Part shown: piece after piece, positions 16,143 to 25,846 of the stretch
Numbering within the stretch: the first letter of the stretch is position 1
Layout of the letters: the number at the start of each line of letters is the position of its first letter
Source of the DNA: Hadesarchaea archaeon
Lineage (GTDB): Archaea > Hadarchaeota > Hadarchaeia > Hadarchaeales > JAGGTB01
Direction of reading: 5' to 3'
Assembly: GCA_021163965.1 (NCBI GenBank)
Contig: JAGGTB010000053.1
Span: 1 to 37,063 of the forward strand
DNA length: 37,063 bases
Made by a program: the position numbers and the translations under genes
The notes under the pieces: model-generated
Databases searched by the model: none
The model's input: only the letters and a program-made list of their open reading frames with translations
Told to the model about the DNA's origin: nothing

Positions 16143-17264
16143 ATGGCGGAAAAAACAACCGTATCCGTGATCAAGTGCGATGTGGGCTCTCTGGCCGGAC
16201 ACCACGTGGTTCCAAAACCGTTGCTCGACATCGCGAGGAAGCGACTGCAAGAGGCCCAAGAAACAGGACTCATCAACAGCCACTTTGTGTTCAATGCTGG
16301 TGACGACCTAGAACTTCTGATGGTTCACCAGAAGGGAGAGGGCAATGAGGAAATCCACAAGCTGGCTTGGGACACGTTTCAAGAGGCAGCCGAGAAAGCC
16401 AAGGAACTCAAACTCTACGGCGCTGGTCAAGATATACTGAAAACGGCTTTTAGTGGGAACGTCAGAGGCATGGGGCCCGGAGTTGCTGAGATGGAATTCG
16501 AGGAGCGCGGATCCGACCCGGTCGTCGTCTTCGCTGCCGACAAAACTGAACCTGGCGCCTTTAACTACCCAATGTACAAGATATTCGCGGACCCGTTCAA
16601 CACCGCCGGATTGGTGATCGATCCCAGTATGACCGGAGGCTTCAAGTTCGAGGTCCTAGACGTCTACGAAAACAAGAAGGTCGTCATGAAGACCCCCGAG
16701 GAGTCTTACGAGCTGATAGCTCTGATCGGGAACCCCGGGCGCTATACGATCTCGCACGTGTGGCGCGCTGAGGATGGTGTGATATGCGCGGCGACCAGTA
16801 CAACCAGACTTTCGCTGATCGCTGGGAAGTACGTGGGGAAGGACGACCCGGTCTCAATAGTCAGGGCACAGCACGGCATGCCGGCACTCGGAGAAATACT
16901 GGCCCCCTTCATGCACAGTTACTTCGTCGAGGGCTGGATGCGTGGTAGCCACTGGGGGCCGCTGATGCCCGTGGGACTAAAGGATTCGAGGTGCGCCGTT
17001 TTCGATGGACCTCCAAGGATAGTGGCCCTCGGGATGCAGATTTGCAATGGAAAGATAGCATCCGACAAGGACGGAAACCCGTTGATAGCAGACTTGTTTG
17101 CAGATCCATCGTTCGACCTAGCCCGCCGCGAAGCCGTTGAGTACGCGGTGACCCTACGCAGGATGGGCGAATTCGAACCCGCCCGCTTGGGTCCCGAGTC
17201 CATGGAGTACACCACATTGCCCGAGGTCTTGGAGAAACTGAAGGGAAGATTTACAGAGGCCTAA
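16143..17264 (+). CDS. fbp: fructose-1,6-bisphosphate aldolase/phosphatase (class V)
   Basis: SVIKCDVGSLAGH, GDDLEL, LYGAGQD, DKTEPGAFN, YVGKDDP, GWMRGSHWGPLMP, MEYTTLP. Confidence 0.97.
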   Translation: MAEKTTVSVIKCDVGSLAGHHVVPKPLLDIARKRLQEAQETGLINSHFVFNAGDDLELLMVHQKGEGNEEIHKLAWDTFQEAAEKAKELKLYGAGQDILKTAFSGNVRGMGPGVAEMEFEERGSDPVVVFAADKTEPGAFNYPMYKIFADPFNTAGLVIDPSMTGGFKFEVLDVYENKKVVMKTPEESYELIALIGNPGRYTISHVWRAEDGVICAATSTTRLSLIAGKYVGKDDPVSIVRAQHGMPALGEILAPFMHSYFVEGWMRGSHWGPLMPVGLKDSRCAVFDGPPRIVALGMQICNGKIASDKDGNPLIADLFADPSFDLARREAVEYAVTLRRMGEFEPARLGPESMEYTTLPEVLEKLKGRFTEA

Positions 17265-17593
17265 AAGTGTGCCATAGTCGGCCCGAGCCGGCCACCGCAA
17301 GAGTAGCGTCGATAGGGATGTGGTCCACTAGCCTAGTCGGCGAATAGGTAACAGATACACATAAGACCTTACCTCCCTTTCTTTTAATTTTTTTATTTTC
17401 AAACAATTTTTACGTGGGGGCTTGACTGTGAAGTTGAACTCCCCAATCCTAGGTCCAGCTTCGAAGAAGCGCGGCCAAACATCAAGAATATCCCAAATTA
17501 GGATGAAAAGACTAACCAGTAGGAGTTTCACGAATGATCCTAGGCCCCACCTCCCGGAAGAGACAGCGGCGGTTCGACCTCCCGCTCGATAAT

Positions 17594-18073
17594 CTATTCC
17601 ACATCTTTTTTTGACATTCTAGGATAGGGATTAACTGATTGCCTTCTCCATGTGACACTTGTATTCGCAAGATAATTCCACATAGTAGCGCCGGCTATTC
17701 CGAATAGTGCGGAAACCATGTAGTAAATTCCGAATAACTCGGTCAGTGCCCCGAGTATCACAATATTAATAGCGAGCCCTCCCGCCGAGATGACATTGAA
17801 CTTAATCATACGGCTAGCGAGCATCTTGGCCGATCGGTCGGTCGCCCGGTCGCTGAAGGTCCAGAATTCATTGAGGATAAAATTAGTTAGAATCGAGCAC
17901 TCGATGCTGAACCCAGCTGATATCAAGTAGTAGATATTGAGGTATTCCGTAAGCACCCACAGGAGACCCAAGTTGACCCCAACACCGCTTGCGCCGACCA
18001 AACAAAACTTCACTAATCGTCTAATCTCGATTCTCTCATCGATCGCGCGATAAAGCTTCCCCAGAGGTCCCAA
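17594..18073 (-). CDS. GtrA-family membrane protein
   Basis: VKFCLVGASGVGVNLG, NFILNEFWTF, WNYLAN. Confidence 0.9.
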   Translation of the reverse strand: MGPLGKLYRAIDERIEIRRLVKFCLVGASGVGVNLGLLWVLTEYLNIYYLISAGFSIECSILTNFILNEFWTFSDRATDRSAKMLASRMIKFNVISAGGLAINIVILGALTELFGIYYMVSALFGIAGATMWNYLANTSVTWRRQSVNPYPRMSKKDVE

Positions 18074-18306
18074 TTAACACCCGCCCCAGTCTATAGCTTG
18101 CGTTCTCTATTATTCTTACGGGATCCGGGACCCCAAAGGGGTATTGAAAAATTCCAGAATCAAGTACCATCCCTATCACCGCCTTCACAGCCGCTCTAAT
18201 ACGGGTGCTGAGAGCGGAAGGGGTAGTTGTTAAGGCACCAAGACTATGCCGTTTGGTGCAAAGATAGATGAGGCAGAACGCTACAAATCCTATCAAGGTG
18301 CATTAG

Positions 18307-19008
18307 GTGAAAATCAGCGTGCTAGTCCCAACTTATAACGAGCGCGAAAATCTTCCGGAGCTTTTGAAGAGGATTTCGAAGGTATTTCGAGAGAAAAAAA
18401 TAGATGGAGAGGTCATAGTAATAGATGACAATTCTCCCGACGGAACTGGAGAACTCGCGGAAGAGCTACGAAAAAAGTACAGCTTTCTTAAAGTAATTCA
18501 CCGCCGCGCGAAGTTGGGCCTAGGATCGGCATACCTGGAGGGCTTCGGGCTTTCCAGCGGCCAGTTGATCTTCACTATGGACTCCGACCTCTCACACGAC
18601 CCCAAATACCTGCCCCGTTTCATAGAGGCAGCAAAGCGCGCCGATTTGGTAGTTGGGACGAGGTACATGAAGGGCGGAAAAACAATCGGCTGGGGAATCT
18701 ATCGCAGGCTTGTCAGCAGGGGCGCGAATTTCCTAGCAAAACTCGTAATTCGAGATGGGGTTAAGGACGTCACCTCGGGCTACAGGGCATACCATAGAAA
18801 GATCCTGGAGAGGATTCCCCTAGATAAAATCCAATCGAGCGGGTACGCGTTCCAACTTGAAATGATGTACGAAGTGAAAAGGAGAGGCTTCAAGATCAAG
18901 TCCGTCCCAATCACCTTTGTCGACAGAAAACGCGGGAAGTCGAAGCTGGGGATACGAGACATCCTCGGGTTCCTGAAGCTCGCGGTGAAGCTTGGTCTAA
19001 AGAGATAG
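18307..19008 (+). CDS. polyprenol/dolichol-phosphate mannosyltransferase (GT2, DPM1-like)
   Basis: VPTYNERENL, DDNSPDGT, GLGSAY, MDSDLSHDP, DVTSGYRAY, GYAFQLE. Confidence 0.92.
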   Translation: MKISVLVPTYNERENLPELLKRISKVFREKKIDGEVIVIDDNSPDGTGELAEELRKKYSFLKVIHRRAKLGLGSAYLEGFGLSSGQLIFTMDSDLSHDPKYLPRFIEAAKRADLVVGTRYMKGGKTIGWGIYRRLVSRGANFLAKLVIRDGVKDVTSGYRAYHRKILERIPLDKIQSSGYAFQLEMMYEVKRRGFKIKSVPITFVDRKRGKSKLGIRDILGFLKLAVKLGLKR

Positions 19009-19014
19009 GAGAAA

Positions 19015-19749
19015 TTATCTCAAATTGTCGGCCCCTCTCCTTAACCGTTCAAGCGCTATATCTCTCATGAACCTAAATCTTGCTCCCTTCGATACCAAGT
19101 ACCCAAGCACCTCATCCAACCTTTTCGCCGCCTCCTCCCCGGTGGCAAATCTGCGGTCAAATGGAACCCCAGTCATCTCGACGAATTCCCACGGGTGGTA
19201 ATCCAACACCGTCAGCGGTAGCGCCGCCAGACATAAGCGTAACACCCGAGTGGAGATTCCCGGTGGCAAACGTAGGAGGCTAGAGGGCCAAGTATTTCGA
19301 ATCTCGACCAGTCCAAAATCCTTTGGATCCGGACCCAACTTGTAGTGAGCATTTGATGCATCGTAGATGTAACCCATTTGCCTGAGCGCGACAAACGTGG
19401 GGGCGCTGGGTCTAAACTTTGGAGCCCTGAACCCGAGGATTTTCCGCCCAGTTGTTTTGGCGAGGATCTCCGTTGCCAGCTTGATCTTTCTGAACTGCTC
19501 CTCGGCGCTTAACCTATTGAACATCTCATGCGCGTACCCGTGACACCCGACTTCATATCTGCGCGAAATCTTGCGGACGATTCTCGGAAACCTCTCAGCC
19601 GTTTGACCCGTTACGAAAAAAGTTGTGGGAATTCCGTGTTTCGAGAGCAAGTCCAAGAGAAGTGGCAATCCCTCTTCGACGCCTCGCCAAGTGTCCAGAC
19701 CCGTCGGAACATCGTGTTCGACGTCCACCGTGAAAGCGATGTCACCCAT
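19015..19749 (-). CDS. polysaccharide deacetylase family protein
   Basis: FTVDVEHD, TFFVTG, GCHGYAH, GFRAP, YDAS, YHPWE. Confidence 0.9.
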   Translation of the reverse strand: MGDIAFTVDVEHDVPTGLDTWRGVEEGLPLLLDLLSKHGIPTTFFVTGQTAERFPRIVRKISRRYEVGCHGYAHEMFNRLSAEEQFRKIKLATEILAKTTGRKILGFRAPKFRPSAPTFVALRQMGYIYDASNAHYKLGPDPKDFGLVEIRNTWPSSLLRLPPGISTRVLRLCLAALPLTVLDYHPWEFVEMTGVPFDRRFATGEEAAKRLDEVLGYLVSKGARFRFMRDIALERLRRGADNLR

Positions 19750-20878
19750 ATCCCTCACACACCTCCTTGTAGAGTTCCAAAGTCCTCTTGCTCGTTGCCT
19801 CTAAACTGAACCTGCATGCCCTTTTCATGCCATTCTTGCTGAGCCTCCTCGCAAGCCGCTTATCGGTGAGTATGCGCAGCATGCAATCGGCCATGTCGCT
19901 CGTGTCTCCGGGCTGAAACAGCAATCCGTTAAAACCGTCCTCTATGATCTCGGGCATCCCCCCTGCCCGGGGACATACCACTGGGGTGCCCACGGCCATA
20001 GCCTCCACCGCAGCGCGCCCGAAAGCCTCTACCGTTGAAGGTAAGATGAAAACATCTGCGGCGGCCATCAGTTCCGAGACCTTCTCCCTGGACAGGGGGC
20101 CGATCATGAATGCGGATCCATCCATCCCCAACTTTTTAATCTGGACCCGCAAATTCTCCTCCTCTGGGCCCCAGCCGGCCATGACTAGCTTGGCATCCGG
20201 GAGCGCCTCAAGAACTTTCGCAAAGGCTGCAACAAGATGACCAGGTCCCTTACGCTTAACTAAGCGGATCGCCGTCGCCACGAGAGGGCTCCCCCCTATC
20301 CCAAGCTCCTCCCGTAGCGATGTACCATCGACCCTTGAGTTGAATATCGACAGGTCTATGCCGTTCAGTATCACCGCAATCTTTTCGTCAGGTACCCCCA
20401 GAGCCCTACAAAACTTAGCAGATGCCTCGCTCACCGTTATAGTACGGTCTGCGCGTCGAAGCGTGAAAACCAAGGGTTGATAAATAAGCCTCCACATCCA
20501 CGACGATTTGTGAACCGAACGACACGTCACCACGCTGGGAATCCCACATTTCCTTGCAAAATACACCGAAGCAAGCGACATCGGAGAATACACGTCCTGA
20601 CCGTGGACGATGTCGAACCCCCCATACTTAATGCTGTAGTAGAGGTCGCGGAAAATTCGTGAAGAAACTCCCCGATTTATCCTGTTGATGACGAAACCGT
20701 TTAAGCGTATGACCCTGACACCGTTTATTTCTTCCTCCAGGGGCTTCCCCGGATACGCGTGGGTAAGCACAACCGGTTCTGCCCCGAGCTTGCTCAGACC
20801 TATGCTTATCTCCATCGCGGACGTCGGTGCTCCTCCGATCGCCGGATAAAACTCATCCGCAACTATTGCGACGCGCAT
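19742..20878 (-). CDS. glycosyltransferase family 4
   Basis: FYPAIGG, NGID, RLVKRKG, EAFGRAAVEAMAVG; start reassigned to ATG 20878. Confidence 0.93.
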   Translation of the reverse strand: MRVAIVADEFYPAIGGAPTSAMEISIGLSKLGAEPVVLTHAYPGKPLEEEINGVRVIRLNGFVINRINRGVSSRIFRDLYYSIKYGGFDIVHGQDVYSPMSLASVYFARKCGIPSVVTCRSVHKSSWMWRLIYQPLVFTLRRADRTITVSEASAKFCRALGVPDEKIAVILNGIDLSIFNSRVDGTSLREELGIGGSPLVATAIRLVKRKGPGHLVAAFAKVLEALPDAKLVMAGWGPEEENLRVQIKKLGMDGSAFMIGPLSREKVSELMAAADVFILPSTVEAFGRAAVEAMAVGTPVVCPRAGGMPEIIEDGFNGLLFQPGDTSDMADCMLRILTDKRLARRLSKNGMKRACRFSLEATSKRTLELYKEVCEGYG

Positions 20879-20996
20879 ATAACCGTCCTGAACTAATGTG
20901 ATCAACCGGTTAAATGAATGACGGAGAAATCACCGCCCATGTTGTTGTTAGCTTTTTAATAAAGCGACGCCAATAATGAAAGCCGTGGGGCGACTT

Positions 20997-22001
20997 ATGA
21001 GTGCCTATAAGATCGCGATAACCGGCGGATCGGGTTTTGTCGGCTCATCATTAGCTGAGCATCTCAGCAACAAATTCGATATCCGGATCCTAGACAAAAC
21101 TCCGCCTTCGAGGAACCTTAGAGAGGGAATTGAATACCAGAAATGCGATATACGTGACCGCGACGCCGTTGAAAGAGGGCTGGCCGATGTCGATCTAGTG
21201 ATACACGCGGCGATAGTTCAAATCCCCCTGATAAATGAAAGGAAGAGGCTCGGGTACGAAGTGAACGTGCGGGGAACCCAAAACGTTTGCGAAGCGGTAA
21301 ATAGAAGCCCATCGGCAAAGGGGATGATCCTCACCGGATCGTGGCACCTCTTCGGGGAGCATGGCCTAAGTGGAGTGATAGACGAGGGATTTGGTTTTAG
21401 GCCAGACAAGGTCGAAGACAGGGCGCGCTTGTATACCTTTTCGAAGATAATTCAGGAGACAATAGTTAGATTTTACGACGAGATGTCCGAGAAGATCTAC
21501 GGGGTTGTCCGCTTGGGCACCGTCTTGGGTGAAGGGATGCCCGAGAAGACCGCCGCAAACCTGTTCATAACGAGGGGGCTGAAAGGGGAGCCTCTGACTC
21601 CATACAAACATAGCATGCACAGACCCATGCTCTACGTCGATATAGAGGATGTCTGCAGAGCTTTTGAGGTATACTCCGAAAAGATATTGAAAAATGAGAT
21701 TCCGGAAGAAGAAAACAGTCTCGCCCACGTGGTCAATCTCTGTTACCCCGAGCCAATCACGATACTCGAATTGGCAAATACAATCAGAGATACCATTGTG
21801 AAGCTCTCTGGGAATAAAATAGTCCCAAAAATAGAAATTGTGGATACTGGGGCGCTGGAGCTGTTCACGGTCGAAAATAAGCATTCCATAAGGGTCGATA
21901 TAAGAAGAGCTGCAGAATTGCTCGGGCTGAAAAAGATGAACCCCCCAAGGAAATCGGTAGAAAGGATAGTTAAGAAGAGGCTTTCAGAGGCTACCCTTTG
22001 A
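20997..22001 (+). CDS. NAD-dependent nucleotide-sugar epimerase/dehydratase
   Basis: ITGGSGFVGS, HAA, NVRGT, YTFSK (YxxxK). Confidence 0.9.
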   Translation: MSAYKIAITGGSGFVGSSLAEHLSNKFDIRILDKTPPSRNLREGIEYQKCDIRDRDAVERGLADVDLVIHAAIVQIPLINERKRLGYEVNVRGTQNVCEAVNRSPSAKGMILTGSWHLFGEHGLSGVIDEGFGFRPDKVEDRARLYTFSKIIQETIVRFYDEMSEKIYGVVRLGTVLGEGMPEKTAANLFITRGLKGEPLTPYKHSMHRPMLYVDIEDVCRAFEVYSEKILKNEIPEEENSLAHVVNLCYPEPITILELANTIRDTIVKLSGNKIVPKIEIVDTGALELFTVENKHSIRVDIRRAAELLGLKKMNPPRKSVERIVKKRLSEATL

Positions 22002-22580
22002 GAACTCCCTCGCCTTTATCTTGGATCTCCTCGCCCGAATCTCTCTTATCAATTCCGTGATTTTCTCACGGTTCCTGTAAGCTTTCCTTGCGACCAGCGT
22101 AACGGTGACTCCAACGGCTACGAAATATAGCCACCAAGGGCTGGGCAAAAACTGAATTATTCCTAGAGCCCCAAGCGTGAAAATAAGCCCGCCCGTGACG
22201 GCGCTCGGGGTGATCACTGCCCAGGCCACCCGTTTGTTTACATTCATGACATGTGCCGCCACAACGGCCCACATTGAACCTGTAAGTGCGGCCATCAACC
22301 CCAATCCCACGGTTGTCGAGGTCTCAGCCTTTTTTCCACTCAAGAAGGGCGCCCCATCGACGTCGACCTCGTAGCGCTCAAGCAATCTCTTAAACTTCAT
22401 CGCTATTAGGCCAATAATCCCGAACCAAATGATCACCAGAAGGGCATTTATCACAGCTATCGTCACTATCGTCTGCAAAGGGGAAAATCCGCACCCACTA
22501 GCGTAAGCGGTGCCACCGACGGAACCAAATGCCCAAGTTGACAGGAATATCCCAAGCAGGTCGAGTACCGTGGACCACAT
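21984..22580 (-). CDS. integral membrane protein, distantly COG2426 (small multidrug export)-like
   Basis: Several TM segments; LTGSMWAVVAA resembles the TG.. motif; ATG 22580. Confidence 0.65.
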   Translation of the reverse strand: MWSTVLDLLGIFLSTWAFGSVGGTAYASGCGFSPLQTIVTIAVINALLVIIWFGIIGLIAMKFKRLLERYEVDVDGAPFLSGKKAETSTTVGLGLMAALTGSMWAVVAAHVMNVNKRVAWAVITPSAVTGGLIFTLGALGIIQFLPSPWWLYFVAVGVTVTLVARKAYRNREKITELIREIRARRSKIKAREFSKGSL

Positions 22581-22650
22581 GCTGACCCTTACCCGAGTGT
22601 TCTTCTCAATTTTTATATTCAATTAGCTAAAAACATGCAGTGGGGGTGAA

Positions 22651-24054
22651 ATGGTCAAAGTGCTGTTCATTTACCCACCGATCAGTTTTGGAAAACGCGG
22701 CGCCCTTTCGGCCTATTGCCCGCCGCTTGGGATTCTCTACCTCGCAACGATATTGAAAGAACTCGGGCATGAGGTACACGTAATAGATGTTGAGGCAGAG
22801 GGGCTATCCCTCGCAGAACTCATACAGAGGGTGCGATCGATAAACCCTGAGGTAGTCGGCTTAACGTGTCTAACCTACACTCTCGATTCCTGCAGAAAAA
22901 TAATAAAGGAAGTCAAGAAAGTCACTAATGCCTACGTGGCCGTGGGTGGACCGCACGTTTCTGTCGTCCGGGAGAACTCCCTCCAGGAACTGGGGGCCGA
23001 CCTGTGCGTTATCGGAGAAGCGGAGGCAGTCATCGGAGAAATAGTGGAGAAGAAACCAAAAGGCGTGTTGTACGCGGAGGAAATCCAAGACATCGATAGT
23101 ATACCTTTTCCAGATCACGGGTTAATCCAGCACCTCAAGTACGGCGCCTTCTACGGCCTCAGGTTCGGAGAAAAAGTCACTGGGATCCTGACGACAAGGG
23201 GATGCAAATATGGATGCACGTACTGCAACCGCCCAAAGAAGCTGAGCTTCAGAGCGAGGTCTCCAGAGAACTTGCTCGAGGAACTTAAGGAACTTGACAG
23301 AATGGGTTTCGACACCATTTGGCTGGCCGACGATAACTTCACCAATGATCCAAAAAACGTGATCAAGCTGGCTAAACTCATAAAGCGGGAAAAGTTAAAG
23401 TTTCACTTTTACGGCCAAGCGAGAGTTGACGTCCCGAGTAGGGCTCTCTACAAGGCGATGCGGGAAATGGGTGTGATGGGTCTTAGCTACGGCGTGGAAT
23501 CCCTGAACCCGAAGATTATAAGATGGTACAATAAGACCCCGCATCCAGAAAAATGGCCACGATATGTCGAGAAGACCCTCAAACTGTGCGACGAATATAA
23601 GATAGTTTTCCTCGGAAGCCTGATCTTTGGGGCTCCCATGGAGACGAAGGAGGACATGGAATATTCGATAGAATTCTTGTATAAAAACGGGGCAGATATA
23701 ATAAACGGAAATATTCTGCTTTATCTCGTCGGCTCACCAATCTGGTACTGGGCGGTGCGCGAAGGAAAGATCAGACCAAACCAATATATGGTTTCGGCCC
23801 CGGAAGCGGGACTGACCCCGTACTCCCACGAGGAACTCCAAGATATGTGCATCTACTGCACCAACCTCTCAAAAGGAGAAGGATGGAAAAGGATATTCCG
23901 CAAGATGTTAGAGAGGCGCGAACTTGGGTTGATTTTTTCCTCAACCAGGCAATTCATAAAAAACTATCCACTCGTGAGAAAAGTGCGCAAGGAGGTTTTA
24001 CGTTACGGCTATGGGAAGGAAACGAACTTGCACATAAAAGCTGGAGCTCCCTAA
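22651..24054 (+). CDS. cobalamin-binding (class B) radical SAM protein
   Basis: PPLGILYLA, GGPH, GEAE, TRGCKYGCTYC, DDNF, GVES. Confidence 0.93.
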   Translation: MVKVLFIYPPISFGKRGALSAYCPPLGILYLATILKELGHEVHVIDVEAEGLSLAELIQRVRSINPEVVGLTCLTYTLDSCRKIIKEVKKVTNAYVAVGGPHVSVVRENSLQELGADLCVIGEAEAVIGEIVEKKPKGVLYAEEIQDIDSIPFPDHGLIQHLKYGAFYGLRFGEKVTGILTTRGCKYGCTYCNRPKKLSFRARSPENLLEELKELDRMGFDTIWLADDNFTNDPKNVIKLAKLIKREKLKFHFYGQARVDVPSRALYKAMREMGVMGLSYGVESLNPKIIRWYNKTPHPEKWPRYVEKTLKLCDEYKIVFLGSLIFGAPMETKEDMEYSIEFLYKNGADIINGNILLYLVGSPIWYWAVREGKIRPNQYMVSAPEAGLTPYSHEELQDMCIYCTNLSKGEGWKRIFRKMLERRELGLIFSSTRQFIKNYPLVRKVRKEVLRYGYGKETNLHIKAGAP

Positions 24055-24178
24055 GGATACCGCGAAACCAATAAGAACTAGGGAATTTGCTACAGTAACA
24101 GGTGGATTTATAGAAAGTCCCATGATCTGAAAGTATTGCTGAAAAATTAGAAACCATCGAAAATATGGTGATCCAAGC

Positions 24179-24373
24179 ATGAGGGAAAAACATAAGGGAG
24201 GGGAAGTTATCAGCGAAGAGCTGCTGGAAATACTGGCCTGCCCCGTCTGCAAAAAAGATGTAGAACTCAAGGGAAAGGAGCTTGTCTGCCGGGGATGCGG
24301 AAGACGCTACCCGATTGAAAACGGCATACCAAATATGTTGCCGGACGAACTTCGCTACAAGACGCGACCTTAA
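24179..24373 (+). CDS. Trm112 family methyltransferase activator
   Basis: LLEILACPVCK..LVCRGCGRRYPIENGIPNML; true start may be ATC 24209. Confidence 0.9.
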   Translation: MREKHKGGEVISEELLEILACPVCKKDVELKGKELVCRGCGRRYPIENGIPNMLPDELRYKTRP

Positions 24374-24681
24374 AAACACTCTTAAACGGAAGAAGATGAC
24401 GGAAAAAGTTCCGGCAAAAGTCGTCATAGGCGTCCCCTTTTACCGAACTCCGAGGCGATCTCTCGTCCTTTTCCTTAGCCAAATTAACACAAATCCCCCC
24501 TGACATGTTCACCACGGGGCCCCTCACAAGACCGTATCGATAACGCTCTACACGCTGTGTTACGGGCCTGCTAGTGCTCAGAATCGATCAACTTCGTGAG
24601 CGTTCAGAACGCGTGAGGGGAGCGTTCATATTTTCGATCGTGGGGCTCATTGGGGTTCTTCAGGATACTCACTTTTTGGAT

Positions 24682-25110
24682 TTACTCCAGGACTCTTATG
24701 AAAATTTTGACCTTCGCCTCTGGATCCCTCAATTTCCTCACGAACTTCCGTGAAAGCTCCGCTGCAGATTTATCGGCGCCGATCATGAGGGTCCTCCCAC
24801 ACTTGTAGTCGCTTCTCCTAATGACCATATCCTTCTTATCAGAAAGCGAAAGCCCCTTGTCACCCCGTCCCAGAACTTTCTCCCTCATCCCCTCGACTTC
24901 AAGTACCACTTCTAACGGGGCACCGGCCCTAATCGATTCTTTGACGACTGCATCGAGATCTGCCACGGCTTTATCCGCCGCCACAGCCACAACACAATCT
25001 GCTGTGGGGCCTATTTCCTCCTCCCTAGTTATCATTAGAGTTGTCGGATGGGTAGCCGTTATCATCCTGTGTCCCTTAGCATTTACCGTCACTACCGCTT
25101 TTTTCCTCAA
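24682..25110 (-). CDS. DUF371 domain protein
   Basis: KGHRMITATHPTTLMITRE..TADCVV, MVIRRSDY..RTLMIGADKSA; TTG start at 25110. Confidence 0.88.
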   Translation of the reverse strand: MRKKAVVTVNAKGHRMITATHPTTLMITREEEIGPTADCVVAVAADKAVADLDAVVKESIRAGAPLEVVLEVEGMREKVLGRGDKGLSLSDKKDMVIRRSDYKCGRTLMIGADKSAAELSRKFVRKLRDPEAKVKIFIRVLE

Positions 25111-25156
25111 GCCCCCCACCACCTTAAGTTTTGAAACCCATCTGTTAATAGGGGAA

Positions 25157-25810
25157 ATGTTGGATAGCCAGCGGGAAGAATTGGTCAACCGTCTCATCGG
25201 CTGGGGATATCTCCGGACCCCTAGGATCATCGAGGCGTTTAGGAAGGTCCCTCGCCATGAGTTCGTGCCGGAAAATCTTAAAGATAGCGCGTACCTAGAC
25301 CAACCCCTGCCCATCGGACACGGACAAACTATCTCCGCTCCCAGTATGATCGCCATAATGCTTGAGGTCCTGCAACTGGAACCGGGACAGAGGGTTCTAG
25401 AGATAGGAGCGGGATCGGGATATAACGCCGCCCTACTCGCCGAGATCGTTGGGGAGGAAGGAGAGGTCTATACTATAGAAAGGCTGAAGGAACTCGCGGA
25501 CTTCGGGCGTAGGAACCTAGAAAAAACGGGTTATGGAGAAGTGAAGGTAATCCTCGGCGACGGGACCTTGGGATATGAGGAAAAAGCCCCTTGGGATCGT
25601 ATCCTCGTGACCGCCTGCGCTCCGAAGATACCCAAGCCTTTGATAGATCAACTAAAGATCGGGGGCAAGATCGCCATCCCCGTCGGACGCCACTATATGA
25701 TACAGACGCTAGTTTTAGCCGAGAAAACCGAGAGCGGAAAGATCAAAACTCAGAGACACGGGGGTTGCTCCTTCGTCCCGCTTGTCGGAAAATACGGATG
25801 GAAGGAGTAG
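25157..25810 (+). CDS. pcm: protein-L-isoaspartate O-methyltransferase
   Basis: VPRHEFV, AYLDQPLPIGHGQTISAP, VLEIGAGSGYNAA, GDGTLG, FVPLVG; ATG 25157. Confidence 0.96.
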   Translation: MLDSQREELVNRLIGWGYLRTPRIIEAFRKVPRHEFVPENLKDSAYLDQPLPIGHGQTISAPSMIAIMLEVLQLEPGQRVLEIGAGSGYNAALLAEIVGEEGEVYTIERLKELADFGRRNLEKTGYGEVKVILGDGTLGYEEKAPWDRILVTACAPKIPKPLIDQLKIGGKIAIPVGRHYMIQTLVLAEKTESGKIKTQRHGGCSFVPLVGKYGWKE

Positions 25811-25846
25811 CGATAGAGGCGCCAAATTCGAAGGTTTTCAATTAGC

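Noticed and set aside
17328-17590. Short minus-strand ORF and a GGTTCGA motif between fbp and gtrA
   Set aside because: No cloverleaf; the ORF has no recognisable family and could be gene debris, but this cannot be supported.
18036-18296. 86-aa minus-strand ORF between gtrA and GT2
   Set aside because: No motif or clear SD; overlaps gtrA; unsupported.
24396-24680. Hydrophobic ORF fragments and an ATGACG/CGTCAT stem after Trm112
   Set aside because: Fragments cannot be assigned to a family and a single short stem is expected by chance.
24821-25356. Long overlapping N-terminal extensions of pcm and DUF371 (likewise the HAD ORF to 31630 and GGR to 5908)
   Set aside because: Homology and SD positions point to later starts (25157, 25110, 31294, 5854).
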